Source: Leucoraja ocellata
Taxonomy: Eukaryota
Assembly: GCA_036785375.1 (NCBI GenBank)
Contig: JAWMAR010000053.1
Span: forward strand, 4,402,001 to 4,466,000
Reading direction: 5' to 3'
DNA: 64,000 nt
Below are positions 13,901-28,900 of this stretch, one piece after another (the stretch's first letter is position 1; every line of letters begins with the position of its first letter). The notes below the pieces were generated by a model. That model ran no database searches. It was given only the letters and a program-made list of their open reading frames with translations, and was not told the DNA's origin. Both the position numbers and the translations under genes were made by a program.

Positions 13901-16900
13901 TTTATTTCTTTATCAACCCTTATCTTTAAGTAGTATTTTAATAAGGCCACAGGTCAATGCTCAAAATGCCATATAACTTTCATATTACCATAATGGCATA
14001 TAACATCCTAAAGGGTGTGAAAACAACTATTTGTTGTGTCTAACCTCTCTCACTATGAATACACTTGCAGCCTATGGCTGTTTATCATGGTCCAGTGGTT
14101 TGGAACAATTTTTAAATGTATTTGAGAGTAAGTAATATTTAAAAAATAGTTAATTAGATGTAATTATTTTAAAATGTAAAACAAAACTTAAAAACTGTAG
14201 GGCACTTAAAAACATTAAAGTAAAATGAAATTAAATAATTCATTCATTTTTATTTTATTAATTATTTTAAATGTGTGTATTCAAAGAAATGAATTCTCCC
14301 TTGCACATTAACCAACTCCAACATAGAACTGAGGGAATAGTTACAAAATACTGCTCTCCTTCCTCCACACCATTGCTTTGCCACAGGACTTGATAGAAAG
14401 CCTAGAATGGAGAAAGTTTAGATAGGTTGGTATGTGGCTTTCAGACTTATGTATTTTGCAAAGCAGGTGGGAAAGTCTCAAACAAAGTGGGTCGCTAACA
14501 GTTGATGTGTATTGGCTCCCAATAACTTCAAGTCAATTCAGTTTGACACGATAAACGGAAACAACATTTGTTTGTCCATATCTCCTGAACACAGGGAGGC
14601 TTGGATAAGCACTATAGCCTTTACAAAGATTGTCGAAGTGTGATTTTTAAAAAATTAGTTCCATATTTCAGCTCGTGGCAGGAAAATTAATGGTCTTCTA
14701 TTGTTTCTTATATTCTTGCTCTAATATGATTTTTTTATTGTCACAGAACCTGCAAGTATAATAGAAAAAGCAGACTCTATTAGTGTAACTGCAGGAGAGC
14801 CAGCAACACTGGACTGCACTTTTACAGGAACACCAGAAATTAAAGCCAGATGGTTTAAGAATGGCACAGAGTTGATTACTGGGAGAAAATACAAACTCAG
14901 CATTACAAATAAGGTTACTAGTTTAAAGATTCCATTCGCTGAGAAAGAGGATAGTGGTGAATATGCCTGTGAGGTCCAGAATGACGTTGGTAACAGCAGA
15001 TGCAAAGCTTCCATTACAGTATTAGGTTGGTATTTTTACCCTTCCATTTCATTGCACTTATTGAAATAATTAAAAGAATCTGCAAAGAATTTGGAAGAAA
15101 TAATAATCTTTGATTTCCCACCATGTGTTGGACAGATCGCATAGTTCCACCAATATTCAAAAGAAACTTAAAAAATGTGGATGGCATCAAATCTTCTTTT
15201 ATTAAGATGGAATGCAAAATCACTGGTTCTCTTCCAATGAGTGTGCTTTGGTATAAGGACAATGAAGAATTATCAGCTACCGAAAAATATAAATTTTCTT
15301 ACCATGATAACATTGCACAGTTGGAGATCCATCAATTAGAGATGACAGATGGTGGAACATACACTTGCAGAGCAACAAATGCTGCTGGAACTGATCAGAG
15401 CATTGGTGCCTTAACAGTGAAAGGTTTGAAATGTTGCAATCAATATCTTAATTGCTTCAAAATTAACAAGTTTGTCTAATAACCTTCAGCTGATTGACTA
15501 ATAACCTTCAGTTATCCAAAACAGTACTTGTCATTCATTTAATTTAGTGTTTTAACAAACATGTTGAGAATGCATGTATTACACATACCCATTTATTCTT
15601 ATGCCACTCTTGGTATAACATTTCCATTTTCGTAAAAAGTATTTTATTTTATTATATTGTGATAATGACTAGTTTTCCTCTGGAATTTTTAGAACAACCA
15701 TATTTCACTGTGAAGCCTTTGTCTCAGGATGTTGTACCTGGTTCCAAAGTACAGTTAAGGAGTGCTATTAGTGGAACTCCACCAATAACCATCAAATGGT
15801 TCAAGGACAAAAAGGAGTTGGTGCCGAGTAATTCACTTTACATTTCAAAAGAAGGTTCAACAAGTCTGCTCCAATTCCATTCAGCAAAAGTCGCTGATAC
15901 TGGTGAATACACTTGCCGAGTCAGCAATGAAGTTGGCACTGAATCGTGCGTGGCAAGTCTTTTTGTCAAAGGTGTGGAATATCTATTGATTCTTTGTAGC
16001 GATGTAAATGGTTTCATTTCATTGTTTCTTTTGAAAAAATAACTTTGTGAAGATTCCCCTTTTTTTCAATTTATACTTATCCAGACTGCGTTCTATTCAG
16101 CCTGAATCTTCGTTCCACATTAATACTAATAGCTGTGTCTTACTTTATTAGACTGATGAACCATTTATATTTTTCTACCTTTTGTTGTTTATGTCTTTAT
16201 GTAAACTGATGCAATGGCATGCCCCATAATCTTTGTTTTTAATTGGAAATTTGAATTCGCTTTATATAAATTCAGGACTTTATGGCCAAACTAATGGGCC
16301 TGTCCCACTTGGACGACTTTTTAGGTGACTGCTGGAGACTATGCAGTCGCAAAAATGGTCGCCACATGTTCGCGGGTGGTTGCCGGGGAGATGCCTTCAT
16401 GGTCGTGAGGAGTTCCCGCATTCTGGGAACTAGTCGCGGCCTCATTATGGTCGCCGTGAATTTCTCAACATGTTGAAAAATTAGCAGCGACTAGAATGAA
16501 GCCGCCAGGAGGTACTAGTGGGTTGCCAGGTGGTCGAAAGTCCTCGTAGGTTCGTGTAGGTTGTAGCCGTTGCTGACCGGTGCATTTCATTGGCTCATTG
16601 GGGAAAAAAAACGTAAGCAGTAGTTTTCAGAACCAAGGATAACCGACCGGTAATGTTAAATGTCCGCCGAACTTCACAGCCGTGTATCTCTGGCTTCTTA
16701 AAAGTTGTCTGACTTCTTTAAAGTTGGCTCCACTCCTTCTTCTCCCTTCTCCTCCCCCCACCCTTTGACCTCTTTTTAATGACTTACCGTACACTGTGCT
16801 TTAGCCATCTTAATTACAACACCAACCTTCCTTTTCATCGCGGTGTGTGTCTGTATCACCTTGGCTTTGCACCGTGTGAATTTTAGACAGAGCTCCCCCT

Positions 16901-19900
16901 GCTTGCCCTGTCCCCTGCCTTCGATGTGTTTGTGTTCCACTCTGACAGTCGCCGGCAGTCGCCTGAAAAATCGCCCATTAGGAGCTTGCACCATATGCTG
17001 CCTTTGAAATCTGCAAATTCAATATCTATTTATATTTTTCATCTTCAACTTTTTGTTGTGTGAGCAAGTCAATGGAAAGCAGTCAGGAATATTTTATTTT
17101 TACAATTATTCTCTTGCTAGATAACAATTGTGCACTTCAATTATGTAAATAAACCTTGCGCACATGCTATGGAACAAGATAAACGTAAAGATTGTTTAGT
17201 GTCAAGTTCTTTAGTTAGAAAATCATTCCTTCTTGCAATTTTACTTCTATAATTAAATGTATATTTGAGTACACGATGCTGACCAATTCAATGCAGCATG
17301 AACAAAGACGTATAATTCACAGAACATTAAAGTTAAGATAGTAGAATTATCACAAAAGAAAACGTCATGAGAGGCAGTCCATAAATGGGCATGATTTGAT
17401 AGTGAGGCCGCAACTTGGGTTAACTGTTTTGCCCAATTTCTACTGCAGAGGTGCCATCCAATCTTAATGGTACCAAGTCATCCCTGTCGCATTGTATGTT
17501 CAGGAGGGTTTGCTGCTGTGTCTTTCCTTTGTTTTCTCACTCTTGTCTTTTTAAGAATTAAGGAGATATTCCCCTGAAATTAAGCAGAATAGTGTGACTC
17601 ATATAAATTCATTTCAACAGATTATGCTCAAACCTTTGTTACAGTACTAACCTCAACAAACTCCTCTGGCAGCTTGTTCCACCAGGTTCCTATTAAATCT
17701 TTCCGCTTTCACCTTAAACCTATGTCCTCTGGTGTTTGATTCCTCTACTCAAGGTAAAAGACTCCATGCATTCACCATAACTTTTCCCCTCATGATTTTA
17801 TATACCTATAAGATTACCCCTCAGCTTCCTACACTTTGAGGAATAAAGTCCTAGACTGCCCAACCTCTCCCTATAGCTCAGGTTGTCAAGTCCTGGAAAT
17901 ATCCTGGTAAATCTTCTCTGCACTCTTAACATCCTTCCTATAACAAGTTGACCAGAACTGAACACAATACTCCAATGCGGCCTCACCAAGGTGTTGTTCA
18001 ACTGTAACAAAACATCTCAACTTCTATAATCAATATCCTGACTGAAGAAAGCCAATAAACCAAAAAGCAATCTTGACCATCCTATAAACCTGATGCTATT
18101 TTCCTAGATCTCTTTGCTCTACAACACTCCACAGGGCCCCACAATTCACCATGATGGTCTTTCCCTGTTTGACCTCCCAAAATGCAAATGACCTCCATTA
18201 AACTCTTAGCTATTCCTCAACCCACTTGCCCAGCTGTCATTGTTTGAAAATCATGATGTGAAAACCATGATAATCATGATAAGTGAAGATTAGTGCTGCA
18301 TATCATTTGTGGAGATTAGGCACAGAGCTAAGATTTTGATATGGATGGATAGGACTCGAGGAAAACCATTTCCAAACTTTCCAAACCATTTTTAGCTTGT
18401 GATGTGTCATGTTTCAGTCGTCTTTGCATGTGTTAGTGAATTGCATTTCATGTTGTTTAAAATGTGAATCATAAATCAATGACAGATGACACATTTTCTA
18501 CATGATCTTAATGATAATGCTTTTGTCATGCTAATCAACTATATTATTCCAACGTATTTATTGAGTTTACATAAAATCTTTTGTTTTATTTTCTCATTAA
18601 TTTCATTGCATTTTGGTTTATAGAGCCTCCGAGCTTCATTAAGAAACCAGATCGTATAACATTATTGAAAAAAGGAAGTTCAACATCTCTAGAGTGTACG
18701 ATAACTGGTACACCGGAGATTAAAGTAAATTGGTACAAGCAAGAAAGTGAAATTCTCCCAAGTGACAAATTCAGGATGTCCTTTGTTGATTCAAAATCTG
18801 TTCTTGAACTTAATAATGTCAGTGTGGAAGACAGTGGATATTACACTTGTAGAGCAGAGAATGAAGCTGGCTTTGACAACTGCAATGTTACAGTTACTGT
18901 TAAAGGTGCGTGATCATAAAATGTAATGATAGATTTTGAAAACTAAATTTCCAGTGATATGTATTATCTGATCAGGTACCTTAATTATTTTCCTTTCTTT
19001 TTTAAAAAAAGAACCTCCTTCTTTTAGCAAGAAACTGCAACCTATTGAGGTAGTGAAAGGAAATGACATCAGTCTTGAATGTGACATTTCTGGTACAAGT
19101 CCATTTGATGTGACTTGGTATAAGGACAATAAGCAAATTCAGTCAAGTATAAAATTCAAGATGACGACTGGAAAATCTTTATCTAGCCTTTTTATTCAGA
19201 AAGTTGATCATTCAGATGCTGGTGAATACCAGTGTGAAGCAACAAACGACGTGGGAAGTTGTACTTGTGCTGCTGTAGTCAGATTAAAAGGTCAGTTATT
19301 AAATGCCAGACATTTTATATTTTCATATTTTTAATATATCCATTTTGGATTTCATTGCTACTTGATTTTATGGCTGTAACATGCAAAGTTTCTGAGAGTC
19401 TGATTCTTTCATCGAATTAACACAATTCTTAACTCTAAATCAGAACCACCCTCCTTTGTGAAAGGGATTGAAAATGTTACCACATTGTCTGGAAATTCAG
19501 CCAGTTTTAACAGCCAAATAGAAGGCTCAACTCCCATACATGTCACATGGATGAAGGACAAAGATGAAATCAGAGAAGATGAAAATATTAAGATATCTTT
19601 TGAGAACAGTATTGCCGTACTGCACATTGCTTCTATTGAATCAAATCATAGTGGAAAGTACACATGTCAGGCTTCGAATGATGCAGGAACTGAGAAGTGT
19701 TTTGCAACTTTGTCAGTAACAGGTTGGTATAATACACTTGACCTTTGTAAATTTCAGTCATGTATGATGAGTGCAAGAGAAAAATGATTTTTTTTACGTC
19801 ATCAATTGAGAATGTATGGTTTTTCTTGCAGAACCTGCAAAAATTGTAGAGAAACCAGAGCCTTTAAGTGTAACCTCAGGAACAATGGCAATCTTGGAAT

Positions 19901-22900
19901 GTGTTGTTGCTGGTACTCCAGAACTGAAGGTTCGATGGTTCAAGAATCAAAATGAATTGGCATCCAGCAGGAAATATAAAGTGACTTTCTTGAATAAGGT
20001 GGCAGTCCTAAAGATACAGTCTGTTGATAAGAATGATAGTGGGGATTATGCTTTTGAAGTACAGAATGAGTTCGGACACAGCAGCTGCACAACTTCATTG
20101 ACAGTGCTAGGTTGGTGATTTTCTATGTGTTGAAATTATTGATAGTACATTTTTATAATAGCAGCTGAAAGGGTTCAGTATAATTTTAAGAGTCTAAGAA
20201 GATTATACTTTAAATACTTTTAAATCAAATTTATGTGTACAACTTATATTGTCTTCTGAATCCACACAAAATGTATAACCAAAATCCTAATTTTAATGGA
20301 TTTCGGTTATAGAGCACAGACCCCTGACTCGCATCACCTACCCAGCCGCCTAGAGCACAGGTTTCCGAGGGTCCTTGTCCGACGTAAGCCCTTCTTCGCC
20401 CACCCCGTGGTCCGGGTTATATTGCTGTTGTTGCGGCTCATGTAGCCCTGGGAACAATGCATTCTTCAATCCGCCGCCACCTACAGGATGCGCTCGTTCA
20501 CCATGGGGCTCACTCCCCTCTCACCTGCAGCTGCTTCTTCCATTTGGCATTGGCTTTGTCCACTCCCTGCACAACTGCTGCTTCCTACTCCCATCACTCT
20601 GTCTACTCGGCCTCTCCGTAACACCCCCCCACTCCGAACCTCCGTCTCCTCCTCCCTTGGAGTCGCTGACAGACTCCACATTAGAAGCATTTATTGAGCT
20701 TTTATTGTCATTGGCAGCAGCCTGAAGAGAGAGCTGCGCCCAGGGGCTACAACATGAGCCACAATGAACTGTTGAAGAAGGGCCTGCTGGTGTAGAATAG
20801 TGGTATCGGCACCTAGTTTTAAGGTGAAGTGACACAAAGTGCTGGAGTAACTCAGTAGACAGAATCTGTCTGAAGAAGGGTCTTGATATCACCTATCTGT
20901 GATCTCCAGCGAAGCTGCCTGACCTGCTGAATTACTCCAGCACTTTGTGTGCTTTTGTGTATTAACCATCATCTGCAGTTCTTTGTTTCAACTACATATA
21001 ATTATAACACCTTACTCGATTATGACGGAGAATTGGCAATATTGGACTTCACCCCCCCCCCTCCCGATGGTCCGTTCCAGAGAAGGTTTACTGTGTATAT
21101 AATGATCAGTACTGTCACAATTGTGCTCATCATTCAAGTGTTATTGAGTGGAGCATTTTTACCACCTCTCCTGCTCAATAGCTTATGGTATTCCATCGAA
21201 TTACCAGTGTATCATGAGATCGGAAATTACATTACATCAGTTGACACACATTTAGGTCGCACTTCCACCTCTTACATTGTAATTCTGTTACCATCCAGTT
21301 TCTGATCGGGGGGATAACTCAAAAATCTTACAATGGATGTTTCAAGATTTTTATTTTGTTCTGTGTTATACAGATCGGATAATTGCTCCATCTTTTACAA
21401 AAAGTTTAAAGAAAATGGATACTAATTTGGGATCCTTAATGCACATGGAGTGCAAAGTATCTGGTTCTCTTCCAATCAGCATATCTTGGTATAAAGATAA
21501 CACAGAAATAATGACTAGTCACAAATATAACATTTCATTTGAAGAAAATGCTGCGTTTTTGGAGATCAAACAACTTGAAATCACTGATGGTGGAAATTAC
21601 TCTTGCAAAGCAACAAATGCTGCTGGAAGTAGTAAATGCAGTGGATTTCTAACTGTAAAAGGTTTGAAGATACCCTTATTTTAATCAACTTCTGTGCTAA
21701 TTTATTTTGTTAAAATAGGCTGAAATTTGTTGGCTAAAAGCAGAGGCCCAGAATCACTGCATTTATCTGTTTAAATGATCTGGACTCCATATAAACACAG
21801 GACCTGAGACTGTTAATTTCAATGGGCTTTGAAAGCGTTTGCATTAGAAGGCAAATTGGCTGAGTTACTTGATTACTTAATGTTAGCTTAATACCTTAAC
21901 ACACGAAAGCATGATCATGTTTCACACCTTTTGGCCTCTCTCCACTGGCTGCCTATTCAGTATAGGATTCGTTTTAAAATTATTTTATTTACTTTTAAAT
22001 CCCTAAGTGGTCTTGCCCCGTCCTACCTATCTGAGCTTCTTCACCCTTATTCGCCCTCCCGCTCTCTCAGGTCAGATGATCAGCTGCTTCTGATTGAGCC
22101 AAAGACTAAGCGGAAGCTCAGAGGGGACCGTGCCTTTGCTGTGTCGGCTCCGAGATTGTAGAATGAATTGCCTCTGCACGTTAAACAGGCCCCTTCTCTA
22201 GCTGTTTTTAAGTCACTCCTGAATACATATCTATTCTCCATGGCCTTTGTAGACCAGTGAGGTGTTGAATTGTTTATTAACTTTATTTGCTTGGTTTTGC
22301 TGCGTTGTTCGTACTCGTGTTTTATGTTTTTTAATTTATTGTTTGGATTTTTGTATGTAGTTTATGCGCCTCGTGTTAGTTGTATGTTCTGTTGTTCTGC
22401 CTGTTTTATGATGTCTTGCTTGTTTTCTTTTTTCTGTACAGCACTTTGGTCAGCTTTGGTTGTTTTTAAGGTGCTTAACAAATAAAGTTATTATTATTAT
22501 TATTACCTTTATTATCTCCCAGATATCTTTTAATTTTTATTTATTTTTTAAATTTATTTAATTATTTCTGTAAACAGCTCAAAACTATTTAAGTCATTCG
22601 TGACCTTTACTGATGGCAGAGCTGTAGAGTGGGCTTTTGCTGCCTTTTCATAAATCATTGGCAGCTTTGCTATCATCCAAACCATGCCAGTGGAGTCTCG
22701 GATGCATCAGGCCAGCAAGTTATGTTTTCCACATCCAGCCAAATTAGTATGGATATGCAGTGAAACCTGGGTGGGGGAATCAGATCTGCGATATTTCTCC
22801 CAATGTTGTCCACTTCTTTGTTTTCTTTTCAATATAGATAAATTATACATATTTCAACTTCCTAAGATATTTTGACTTTGTGTTCAGTAACAAAGTGTTA

Positions 22901-25900
22901 GAGCAGTATAACTAATTTTAGAAGTATTAGTATTTTTACTTCTGTTTATCTTACTAAATAACATTTTTTTAAATGACTTTTAGAACCACCGATCTTTATA
23001 GAAAAACCAGTGTCCCAAGATATTGTGCTTGGTTCTACGCTACAGTTTAAAAGCATTGTGAAAGGAACTCTTCCACTATTTGTTAAGTGGTTTAAGGATA
23101 ATAGGGAATTGAAACCTGGCACAAGATGTTCGATCTGGAATGAAGAAACAACACACTTCTTTGAGCTAATTTCTACCAAAATTACTGATGCCGGTGTTTA
23201 CAACTGTCAACTCGCCAATGAAGCTGGTTCAGTCATTAGTACTGCAAATGTATTCATCAAAGGTTTGCAATTTTTGTTAATTTCATTAGTAAATAAGTTC
23301 TGTGTTACATTTTTAACACTGTTATTGATCCTTAGCTTTCTTACACTCAAAGATGAGTAACGTTTACCAGAAGGTGATTCCATAACCTTTGTCTACTTTA
23401 TTTGACTTCGTAGTTCCACTATTCAAGTGTGCTACCTTTCATTTCTCAGAGCCTCCGACCTTTGTTACAAAATTACCTTCTTCATCAACTCTGAAGCAAG
23501 GAGAATTTGCACGTTTTGAGTGCAAAATTACTGGTTCACCTGAAATCACAGTAACATGGTATAGAAATAACCAAGATATTAGAACCAGTGACAAATATTC
23601 AATATCATTCCAAAACTCATTGGCAGTTCTTGAGATTGCTGATGTAAAGGAGGAAGATAGTGGAGATTACTCATGTGAAGCACAGAATGAAGCTGGTGTT
23701 AACAGCTGCAACATTGCGATTCAGGTTAAAGGTGTGTAAAGCAATATTTTAAACAGAAATTGAACTCTTTGGCATTTGATTGTTTTCTAAGCCACATTGT
23801 TATCTTTTACTCTTCAGAACCTCCTTCATTTGTAAAGAAACTTGAATCTGTTGAGATAACTAAAGCTAGTGATATTACTCTTGAATGTGAGGTGACTGGT
23901 ACAGCTCCCTTTGATGTTTTGTGGTATAAGGACAATAAACAAATTCGACGCAGCAAAAAGTATAAAATGTTCTCTGACAATTCATTAGCCAATCTTTGCA
24001 TTTTAACACCCGATACCTCGGATGTTGCTGAATACAAATGTACAGTAAAAAATGATGTGGGAAGTTGCTCATGCAATTCTACAGTCAGTATGAAAGGTTA
24101 GTTATTGTATTTGTGGAAATATATTTTTCTTCTATTTAAATCCAGTGCTCAATTATTTTTGAAGGAATTCTTACTATTGGATTAAAACATTTCAACAACA
24201 TAATGAAAAGCCGAAATGAAATTTCATGTTTTATAATCCTTTGTTTTAAATTAGAACCCCCAGGATTTATAAAGAAGATTGAAAATATAACCGTATTGTC
24301 AGGCAATTCAGTGGTATTCCAATGTCAAGTAAAAGGCTCAAAGCCTATTTACATAACTTGGATGAAAGATAGAAATATTATCCAAGAAGATGGTAATATT
24401 ACTTTGTCTTTTGAGAATAATATTGCTGCTCTTCAAATAAATGCTGTTGGAGAAAATCATGCTGGAAAGTACACGTGCCAGGTCAAGAATGACGCAGGAA
24501 CTGAGAAGTGCGTTGCCGCATTGTTGGTAGCAGGTCAGTGAGATATTAGTTAGCTATCAGTGGTGAGTTCAGATTATTTTGAAATGCATCAACTAAAGTC
24601 AAATTAATTTTAGTAACATAATGAAGAGATTTATTTTTCCTCATAGAACCAGCAAAAATCACTGAACAAGCACAGTCACTCAGTGTGACAGCAGGAAATA
24701 CAGCAAACCTGGAATGTACTGTAACTGGTACACCAGAACTAAATGTTAAATGTCTTAAGGATGGCAATGAAATGGTGTCTAGCAGAAAACACAAAATCAG
24801 CTTTGATCATAACGTGATCAGCCTGAAGATTCTTTCTGTTTCTAATGATGACACTGGTGACTATACTTTTGAAGTCAAGAATAAGTTTGGAATGAGCAGC
24901 TGTAAAGCTTCATTGACAGTATTAGGTTAGTGTTTTATTTGCTATTTGAATTTGACTAATTTAAATAATGTAGTGCCAATTGAAATTTTGCTTAAAACTA
25001 ATGAAATTGTGTTCACATTGATCATCGGCAAATATAAAGGCTGTAGTTTTTTTTGGGAAACACTATTTAACAGATTCTTTCTGAATCGAGTATGTTGGTT
25101 AGGTCTCGCAACTCTCCAGGCAGTAAGGCTTTACACTGGTATTCTTGGATGGTCTCTCGTTCAAGCACTGCCAAGGTCGGAGCTTCTCAGCTGGGTACTC
25201 ACAAGAAATACACAATGTTGCTCCAGATTCCAACATCAGATTCCAACCTCGATAATAACTATTGGCAACTTTGCGATTTCCACACAGAGATGCAAGTCCT
25301 CACGTTTGGAGTCATCAATTCAAAGTCGTTTTTAAATTGAATATATGCCTGGAGACACGGGCAGTGTTTCTCCTTTTAAATTGTTGAAGGGAAATTCAAT
25401 ATTCCCGTCAGCAATTTCAATCGAGAAACATTGAAGGAGTGAGGTATTTGAGGTAAATTATATATTGGAATCTATTTGAGTATTTTAGGCAGATTCATTC
25501 TTTAAACTTTAAAAACATTTTTAACATTTTAAAATATTGAACTGTTTTAAAGTTCAAAAAGGTTTTCAATAGTTTAAAAAAAAAATCTGATTGTTTCTGT
25601 CTCAGCAACATTCAGCAAGAGTGTTTAGCAATTGGCACTTAATAAGCCAAGAATGAGGCATAGCAAGTTGTCAATTTTTTTTCAAGCTTTTCTGTGGGTA
25701 AGGCTATTTGGTTCCACTCTCTAATGCAATCCCATTGCATCACCATAGATTTGCTATCATGGAGAGTGTTGCCTTGAGGGAATGAGCTGAATACTCTTGT
25801 GTGGGAAATCCAATAAACAAATCCAAAATGTTGTATGGCAGTTAGCAATGAGGATGGTCATTGATGATTGCAAATTCCATGTTCCATAATAGTGGGATAA

Positions 25901-28900
25901 TGAACATCAGCTGTTTTGGGATTTTATTTGAGTGCGTTATTGAAACATGCTAATACATACAAAAGTTTCTTACTCGGAACAAAAAAATAATTGATTTAAT
26001 TAATTTAAAGCATTTGCTCTTTAAGTTGATCAGCTGTGCTTTTGGTATCTTGGACAGATCAACTAATTCCTCCAGTGTTCACACGAAAATTACGGAAAAT
26101 GGACATTGTTTTAGGATCGTCTGTGCAAATGGAATGCAAAGTTTCTGGTTCTCTTCCAATGGTCTTTTCTTGGTATAAGGATTTCAAATTAATAACATCT
26201 AGTGAAAAATACAAACTATTATATCAAGATAACACAACAACTTTGGAATTTGATCAACTAGAGATTTCAGATCGTGGAACTTATATTTGCAAAGCAACTA
26301 ATTCAGTTGGAAGTGATGAATGCAGTGGTTTCTTAAATATAACAGGTTTGAAAGTTTAATTTACTTTCAGCTCAGTTTATATCTTATTCATATTTATACG
26401 TTTCTACATTTTATGATGTTTGCTTGCTACCATAGCAACAAAAATTAACATGCCAAGCATTTAAACTTGCTTGCAGTTTATTTTAATTAATTTTAGATCT
26501 GACCTTTAACTTTTCTTCATAAAATTGCAATGGTGTTTTTTTTTACCTGACTTTCAGAGCCTCCAGGTTTTATAGAAAAACCTATGTCTCAGGAAAGCTT
26601 ACCAGGTTCCACGGTGCGGTTTAGAAGTGTTGTAAAAGGAACAGCTCCAATAACTATAAAATGGCTGAAGGATGGCAGGGAACTGATGTCTGGAGCTGAC
26701 TGTTTCATTTTAAGTGAAGGCTCAACCAGTTTACTTGAGTTGTTTTCAGCCAAAGTTTCCGATTCGGGTGACTATATTTGTGAAATCAGCAACAGAGTTG
26801 GCAGTATCACTTGTGCAGCAAGACTCTTTATCAAAGGTGTGCAATTTATCTGTGCTTGTTTCACCATTGCGGAATGTTTACATGTGGGCATGGACTTTTT
26901 GATTTGTTATATAATTTTCTCTTTGTTATTTTTATTGTTATTTTTTTGCGCTTTCTTTTGTTCTTTCGTTCGTGTTTTCTTTTGTTCTTTTTGCATTGTC
27001 CACGTGGTTTTCTTTATGTTGAATGGATTCATCTTGGACACTTGTATGTATAGTTACATTTACAACGTTCTTTTCTACAGAGCCTCCATATTTTATTATG
27101 AAGTTAGAACCATCAGCAATATTTAAAAAAGGAGATACAGCAAGTTTTCAGTGTAAAATAACTGGCACACCTGAAATTAAAGTCACTTGGTTCAAGAATC
27201 AACATGAAATTAGTTTCAATGAAAAATATGAAATGTCATTTGTTGATTCTGTGGCATTCTTAGAGATTGTTGATGTAAGCTTGGATGACACAGGGAATTA
27301 TTACTGTAAAGCCGAAAATGAAGCTGGCAGTGACTCTTGTGACATTGCGGTCACAGTTAAAGGTGTGTAAAAATTCTCAGTTAATTGTTATCATTGGTCC
27401 ACCATCTTTTTCCAGTCATATTGCAAAAACATTTAATTAAGGAATAATGAGAACCTTGACATAAGGAACTGATTCTTATAATTTTTTGATTGGTACAGTT
27501 ATCATCTAATTGTTCATTTTTGATTCTGATGGATCCATAAAATAAGATATGAATATTTTCTATAATGTTAAAAAATGATTTGATTTATCAATAGGAAGCT
27601 GGCTGAAGCAGTCCAGACTTCTGAGTTAGAAACATAGAAAATAGGAGCAAGAGTAGGCCATTCGGCTCTTCGAGCCAGCACTGCCATTCAATATGATCAT
27701 GGCTGATCATCCAGAATCAGTAACCCGTTCCTGCTTTCTCCCCATATCACTTGATTCCATTAGCCCTAAGATCTATATCCAACTCTCTCTTGAATACATC
27801 ACAACATCAGGACCTTTAGGTGATTTACTAAAGTTAGACACAAAACCTCTCCTTGCAGCTGAAACCCTCTAATCCAAGCATCATTCTGGTAAACCTAAGA
27901 TAACAACAAAATGCTGGAGTAACTCAGCGGGTCAGGCATCATCTATGGAGAAAAGGAATAGGTGACGTTTCGGGTCGAGACCCTTCTTCAGAATGAGAGT
28001 CAGGGGAAAGGGAAACTAGATATATAGACGGTTTTATACATAGAAACTATACATAGTTGGATGCCTTGGCATGTTTTGAGTTATGGGTATCCCATCCATG
28101 AACTTTGAGGCTCAGTTTCTTTGGAGGCCAAAAGAAGTTCCTTTTTTTCATTTTTGCCTCCACTCAGCCAGGTTCCACCAACTCTGGTTGAAAATGTCTT
28201 CCACAGATCTCGGCTAAATATCTTATTCTTTACCCAAAATCTTTACTCTGTAGTTTTAGATAACTTTGCTATGTGAAAAATGTCCTACTATTTATCCAAT
28301 CCATGCCCGTCATAACATTGAACATCATTATGAACCCCTACGTCCCCAAGGAAGAGAAAAAATCACTCTATTCAATGTCCTGATAACTGAAACACTCCAT
28401 CCAAAGAAACATCTCTGTCAATCTTCTCTGCGCCATCCTTAGATAGTAACGCACCAGAACTGTGCCTCTGCTCTGGCTGGGACCTAACCAGTTCCACCAA
28501 AATTTCTCTGCTCTTGTATCACGTCCTAGTTAATGAAGTCAAGTATTAAATATGCCACTTCAAGAATCCTTAGATTTGTACATTGAGATCTCTCTATTTT
28601 TAGTTCTCCCATCAGGTATTTTCATTGCATTCCATATGTCCTGCCCTTTATTAGCCCTTCCAAGGTGCATCACCCAGACTCAGCAATATTATGCTATTGT
28701 ATTTATCCATTGGCAGTTGCAATGGGCATGCTGCTCCGGAGATCATTAAATTGTTATTTTAATCGTTTATTGTAACATTCTTGCTGCCAATGGCTTTTTA
28801 CGAGAGACATTGTGTAAACTTGGAAAAAGTGGGCTGTGATTCGTAAATCATGATATCATGTTTACTCTTCAGAACCTCCCACATTTACAAAGGAACTTGA

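Noticed and set aside
20375-21305. Cluster of overlapping 70-120 aa ORFs on both strands
   Set aside because: GC-rich repeat-derived sequence with few stops; no recognisable protein motifs
26837-27126. Hydrophobic, transmembrane-like tail on the F4 ORF (and similar tails on other exon ORFs)
   Set aside because: Read-through into a T-rich intron after a clear GT donor; the paralogous F6 read-through stops early, so a membrane-anchored isoform is unsupported
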